From the NCBI GenBank assembly GCA_038087875.1, contig JAXLNO010000181.1, positions 1-64,000 on the forward strand: a DNA stretch of 64,000 bases, written 5' to 3'. Shown piece by piece: positions 60,587-64,000 of the stretch (within the stretch, counting starts at the first letter, position 1; the number at the start of each line of letters is the position of its first letter). The DNA is from Malacoraja senta. Taxonomy: Eukaryota. The notes beneath the pieces were generated by a model that saw only the letters and a list, made by a program, of their open reading frames with translations, did not search any database and had not been told where the DNA came from. A program made the position numbers and the translations under genes.

Positions 60587-62192
60587 GCCTAAGCCTAAGC
60601 CAAAGCCTAAGCCTAAGCCAAAGCCTAAGCCTAAGCCTAAGCCTAAGCCTAAGCCTAAGCCTAAGCCTAAGCCTAAGCCTAAGCCTAAGCCTAAGCCTAA
60701 GCCTAAGCCTAAGCCTAAGCCTAAGCCAAAGCCTAAGCCAAAGCCTAAGCCAAAGCCAAAGCCAAAGCCAAAGCCAAAGCCAAAGCCAAAGCCAAAGCCT
60801 AAGCCTAAGCCAAAGCCAAAGCCTAAGCCTAAGCCTAAGCCTAAGCCTAAGCCTAAGCCTAAGCCTAAGCCTAAGCCTAAGCCTAAGCCTAAGCCTAAGC
60901 CTAAGCCTAAGCCTAAGCCTAAGCCTAAGCCTAAGCCTAAGCCTAAGCCAAAGCCAAAGCCAAAGCCTAAGCCTAAGCCAAAGCCAAAGCCAAAGCCAAA
61001 GCCAAAGCCAAAGCCAAAGCCAAAGCCAAAGCCAAAGCCAAAGCCAAAGCCAAAGCCAAAGCCAAAGCCAAAGCCAAAGCCAAAGCCAAAGCCAAAGCCA
61101 AAGCCAAAGCCAAAGCCAAAGCCAAAGCCAAAGCCAAAGCCAAAGCCTAAGCCAAAGCCAAAGCCAAAGCCAAAGCCAAAGCCAAAGCCAAAGCCAAAGC
61201 CAAAGCCTAAGCCTAAGCCTAAGCCTAAGCCTAAGCCTAAGCCTAAGCCTAAGCCAAAGCCAAAGCCAAAGCCAAAGCCAAAGCCAAAGCCAAAGCCAAA
61301 GCCAAAGCCAAAGCCAAAGCCAAAGCCAAAGCCAAAGCCAAAGCCAAAGCCAAAGCCAAAGCCAAAGCCAAAGCCAAAGCCAAAGCCAAAGCCAAAGCCA
61401 AAGCTTAAGCCTAAGCCAAAGCCAAAGCCAAAGCCAAAGCCAAAGCCAAAGCCAAAGCCAAAGCCTAAGCCTAAGCCTAAGCCTAAGCCTAAGCCTAAGC
61501 CTAAGCCTAAGCCTAAGCCTAAGCCTAAGCCTAAGCCTAAGCCAAAGCCTAAGCCTAAGCCTAAGCCTAAGCCTAAGCCTAAGCCTAAGCCTAAGCCTAA
61601 GCCTAAGCCTAAGCCTAAGCCTAAGCCTAAGCCTAAGCCAAAGCCTAAGCCTAAGCCAAAGCCTAAGCCTAAGCCAAAGCCAAAGCCTAAGCCAAAGCCT
61701 AAGCCTAAGCCAAAGCCTAAGCCTAAGCCTGCCAACGCCTAAGCCTAAGCGTAAGCCTAAGCCTAAGCCTAAGCCTAAGCCTAAGCCTAAGCCTAAGCCT
61801 AAGCCAACGCCTAAACCTAAGCCTAAGCCTAAGCCTAAGCCTAAGCCTAAGCCTAAGCCTAAGCCTAAGCCTAAGCCTAAGCCTAAGCCTAAGCCTAAGC
61901 CTAAGCCTAAGCCTAAGCCTAAGCCTAAGCCTAAGCCTAAGCCTAAGCCTAAGCCTAAGCCAAAGCCAAAGCCAAAGCCTAAGCCAAAGCCAAAGCCAAA
62001 GCCAAAGCCAAAGCCAAAGCCAAAGCCAAAGCCAAAGCCAAAGCCTAAGCCTAAGCCTAAGCCTAAGCCTAAGCCTAAGCCTAAGCCTAAGCCTAAGCCT
62101 AAACCTAAGCCTAAGCCTAAGCCTAAGCCTAAGCCAAAGCCAAAGCCAAAGCCAAAGCCAAAGCCAAAGCCAAAGCCAAAGCCAAAGCCAAA

Positions 62193-62492
62193 GCCGAAGC
62201 CAAAGCCGAAGCCGAAGCCGAAGCCGAAGCCGAAGCCGAAGCCGAAGCCGAAGCCGAAGCCGAAGCCGAAGCCGAAGCCGAAGCCGAAGCCGAAGCCGAA
62301 GCCGAAGCCGAAGCCGAAGCCGAAGCCGAAGCCGAAGCCGAAGCCGAAGCCGAAGCCGAAGCCGAAGCCGAAGCCGTAGCCGAAGCCGAAGCCGAAGCCG
62401 AAGCCGAAGCCGAAGCCGAAGCCGAAGCCGAAGCCGAAGCCGAAGCCGAAGCCGAAGCCGAAGCCGAAGCCGAAGCCGAAGCCGAAGCCGAA
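62193..62492 (-). repeat. GCCGAA (TTCGGC) variant block 5
   Basis: GCCGAA run with one GCCAAA near its start and one GCCGTA variant near 62373. Confidence 0.93.
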
Positions 62493-64000
62493 GCCTAAGC
62501 CTAAGCCAAAGCCTAAGCCTAAGCCTAAGCCTAAGCCTAAGCCTAAGCCTAAGCCTAAGCCTAAGCCTAAGCCTAAGCCTAAGCCTAAGCCTAAGCCAAA
62601 GCCAAAGCCTAAGCCAAAGCCTAAGCCTAAGCCTAAGCCAAAGCCTAAGCCAAAGCCTAAGCCTAAGCCAAAGCCAAAGCCTAAGCCTAAGCCTAAGCCA
62701 AAGCCAAAGCCTAAGCCAAAGCCTAAGCCAAAACCTAAGCCTAAGCCTAAGCCTAAGCCTAAGCCTAAGCCTAAGCCTAAGCCTGAGCCTAAGCCTAAGC
62801 CTAAGCCTAAGCCTAAGCCTAAGCCTAAGCCTAAGCCTAAGCCTAAGCCTAAGCCTAAGCCTAAGCCTAAGCCTAAGCCTAAGCCTAAGCCTAAGCCTAA
62901 GCCTAAGCCTAAGCCTAAGCCTAAGCCAAAGCCAAAGCCTAAGCCTAAGCCAAAGCCAAAGCCAAAGCCTAAGCCAAAGCCAAAGCCAAAGCCAAAGCCA
63001 AAGCCAAAGCCAAAGCCAAAGCCAAAGCCAAAGCCAAAGCCAAAGCCAAAGCCAAAGCCAAAGCCAAAGCCAAAGCCAAAGCCAAAGCCAAAGCCAAAGC
63101 CAAAGCCAAAGCCAAAGCCAAAGCCAAAGCCAAAGCCAAAGCCAAAGCCAAAGCCAAAGCCAAAGCCAAAGCCAAAGCCAAAGCCAAAGCCAAAGCCAAA
63201 GCCAAAGCCAAAGCCAAAGCCAAAGCCAAAGCCAAAGCCAAAGCCAAAGCCAAAGCCAAAGCCAAAGCCAAAGCCAAAGCCAAAGCCAAAGCCAAAGCCA
63301 AAGCCAAAGCCAAAGCCAAAGCCAAAGCCAAAGCCAAAGCCAAAGCCAAAGCCAAAGCCAAAGCCAAAGCCAAAGCCAAAGCCAAAGCCAAAGCCAAAGC
63401 CAAAGCCAAAGCCAAAGCCAAAGCCAAAGCCAAAGCCAAAGCCAAAGCCAAAGCCAAAGCCAAAGCCAAAGCCAAAGCCAAAGCCAAAGCCAAAGCCAAA
63501 GCCAAAGCCAAAGCCAAAGCCAAAGCCAAAGCCAAAGCCAAAGCCAAAGCCAAAGCCAAAGCCAAAGCCAAAGCCAAAGCCAAAGCCAAAGCCAAAGCCA
63601 AAGCCAAAGCCAAAGCCAAAGCCAAAGCCAAAGCCAAAGCCAAAGCCAAAGCCAAAGCCAAAGCCAAAGCCAAAGCCAAAGCCAAAGCCAAAGCCAAAGC
63701 CAAAGCCAAAGCCAAAGCCAAAGCCAAAGCCAAAGCCAAAGCCAAAGCCAAAGCCAAAGCCAAAGCCAAAGCCAAAGCCAAAGCCAAAGCCAAAGCCAAA
63801 GCCAAAGCCAAAGCCAAAGCCAAAGCCAAAGCCAAAGCCAAAGCCAAAGCCAAAGCCAAAGCCAAAGCCAAAGCCAAAGCCAAAGCCAAAGCCAAAGCCA
63901 AAGCCAAAGCCAAAGCCAAAGCCAAAGCCAAAGCCAAAGCCAAAGCCAAAGCCAAAGCCAAAGCCAAAGCCAAAGCCAAAGCCAAAGCCAAAGCCAAAGC

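Larger units (their letters stand above)
1..64000 (-). repeat. Composite telomere-type hexamer tandem array (TTWGGC)n with TTCGGC blocks: + strand GCCAAA / GCCTAA / GCCGAA. G-rich strand is the minus strand throughout
   Basis: Every line of the window is a 6-bp period GCCNAA repeat, with no unique sequence and no orientation switch. GCCTAA is the reverse complement of TTAGGC, the established nematode telomere repeat. The repeat call is certain. A terminal versus interstitial location cannot be seen here. Confidence 0.98.

Noticed and set aside
76..63997. All minus-strand ORFs (poly-AL, WL, GF, GL, RL dipeptides)
   Set aside because: They are trivial translations of a stop-free hexamer repeat, mostly opened at TTG codons. 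They overlap in all three frames, have no domain content and switch frame at indels.
1..64000. CRISPR array or other repeat-spacer system
   Set aside because: There are no unique spacers, the period is 6 bp and there are no associated genes.
1..64000. Telomere-targeting retrotransposon or TALT-like unique template insertion
   Set aside because: No non-repeat sequence longer than a few bases was seen anywhere in the window.
1..64000. GCCAAA blocks as a pure base-calling artefact of GCCTAA
   Set aside because: Complex single-unit T/A interspersion patterns are reproduced across multiple copies, for example the seven GCTAAA cassettes, which random miscalling would not do. This is not fully excluded without orthogonal reads.
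1..64000. Firm assignment to a nematode species or to a true chromosome end
   Set aside because: TTAGGC is suggestive, but a 6-bp repeat is not taxonomically diagnostic, and no flanking sequence or terminus is visible.

Overview
The whole 64 kb window is one uninterrupted hexamer tandem array in a single orientation, GCCNAA on the + strand (TTNGGC on the - strand). It has no unique sequence, genes, RNA genes or mobile elements. GCCTAA is the reverse complement of TTAGGC, the canonical nematode telomeric repeat (Caenorhabditis, Ascaris). It alternates in homogeneous blocks of roughly 0.1-1.6 kb with a more abundant variant, GCCAAA (TTTGGC). A third variant, GCCGAA (TTCGGC), forms blocks only after about 53.7 kb, and short CCCTAA (TTAGGG) runs occur at about 17.6-19.8 kb. 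Rare point-variant hexamers work as barcodes and reveal nested higher-order duplications with offsets of about 0.28, 0.7, 1.06, 2.0/3.9, 2.6, 4.7, 6.2 and 7.1 kb. The array was therefore built at least partly by copying existing array segments, not only by de novo templated addition. The best reading is a composite telomeric or telomere-derived (subtelomeric or interstitial) array with satellite-like higher-order structure. The organism and the chromosomal position cannot be determined from the window. All ORF-track entries are dipeptide-repeat artefacts. Indel-rich stretches (about 13.7-24.6 kb and 28.4-33.5 kb) probably reflect lower consensus accuracy.
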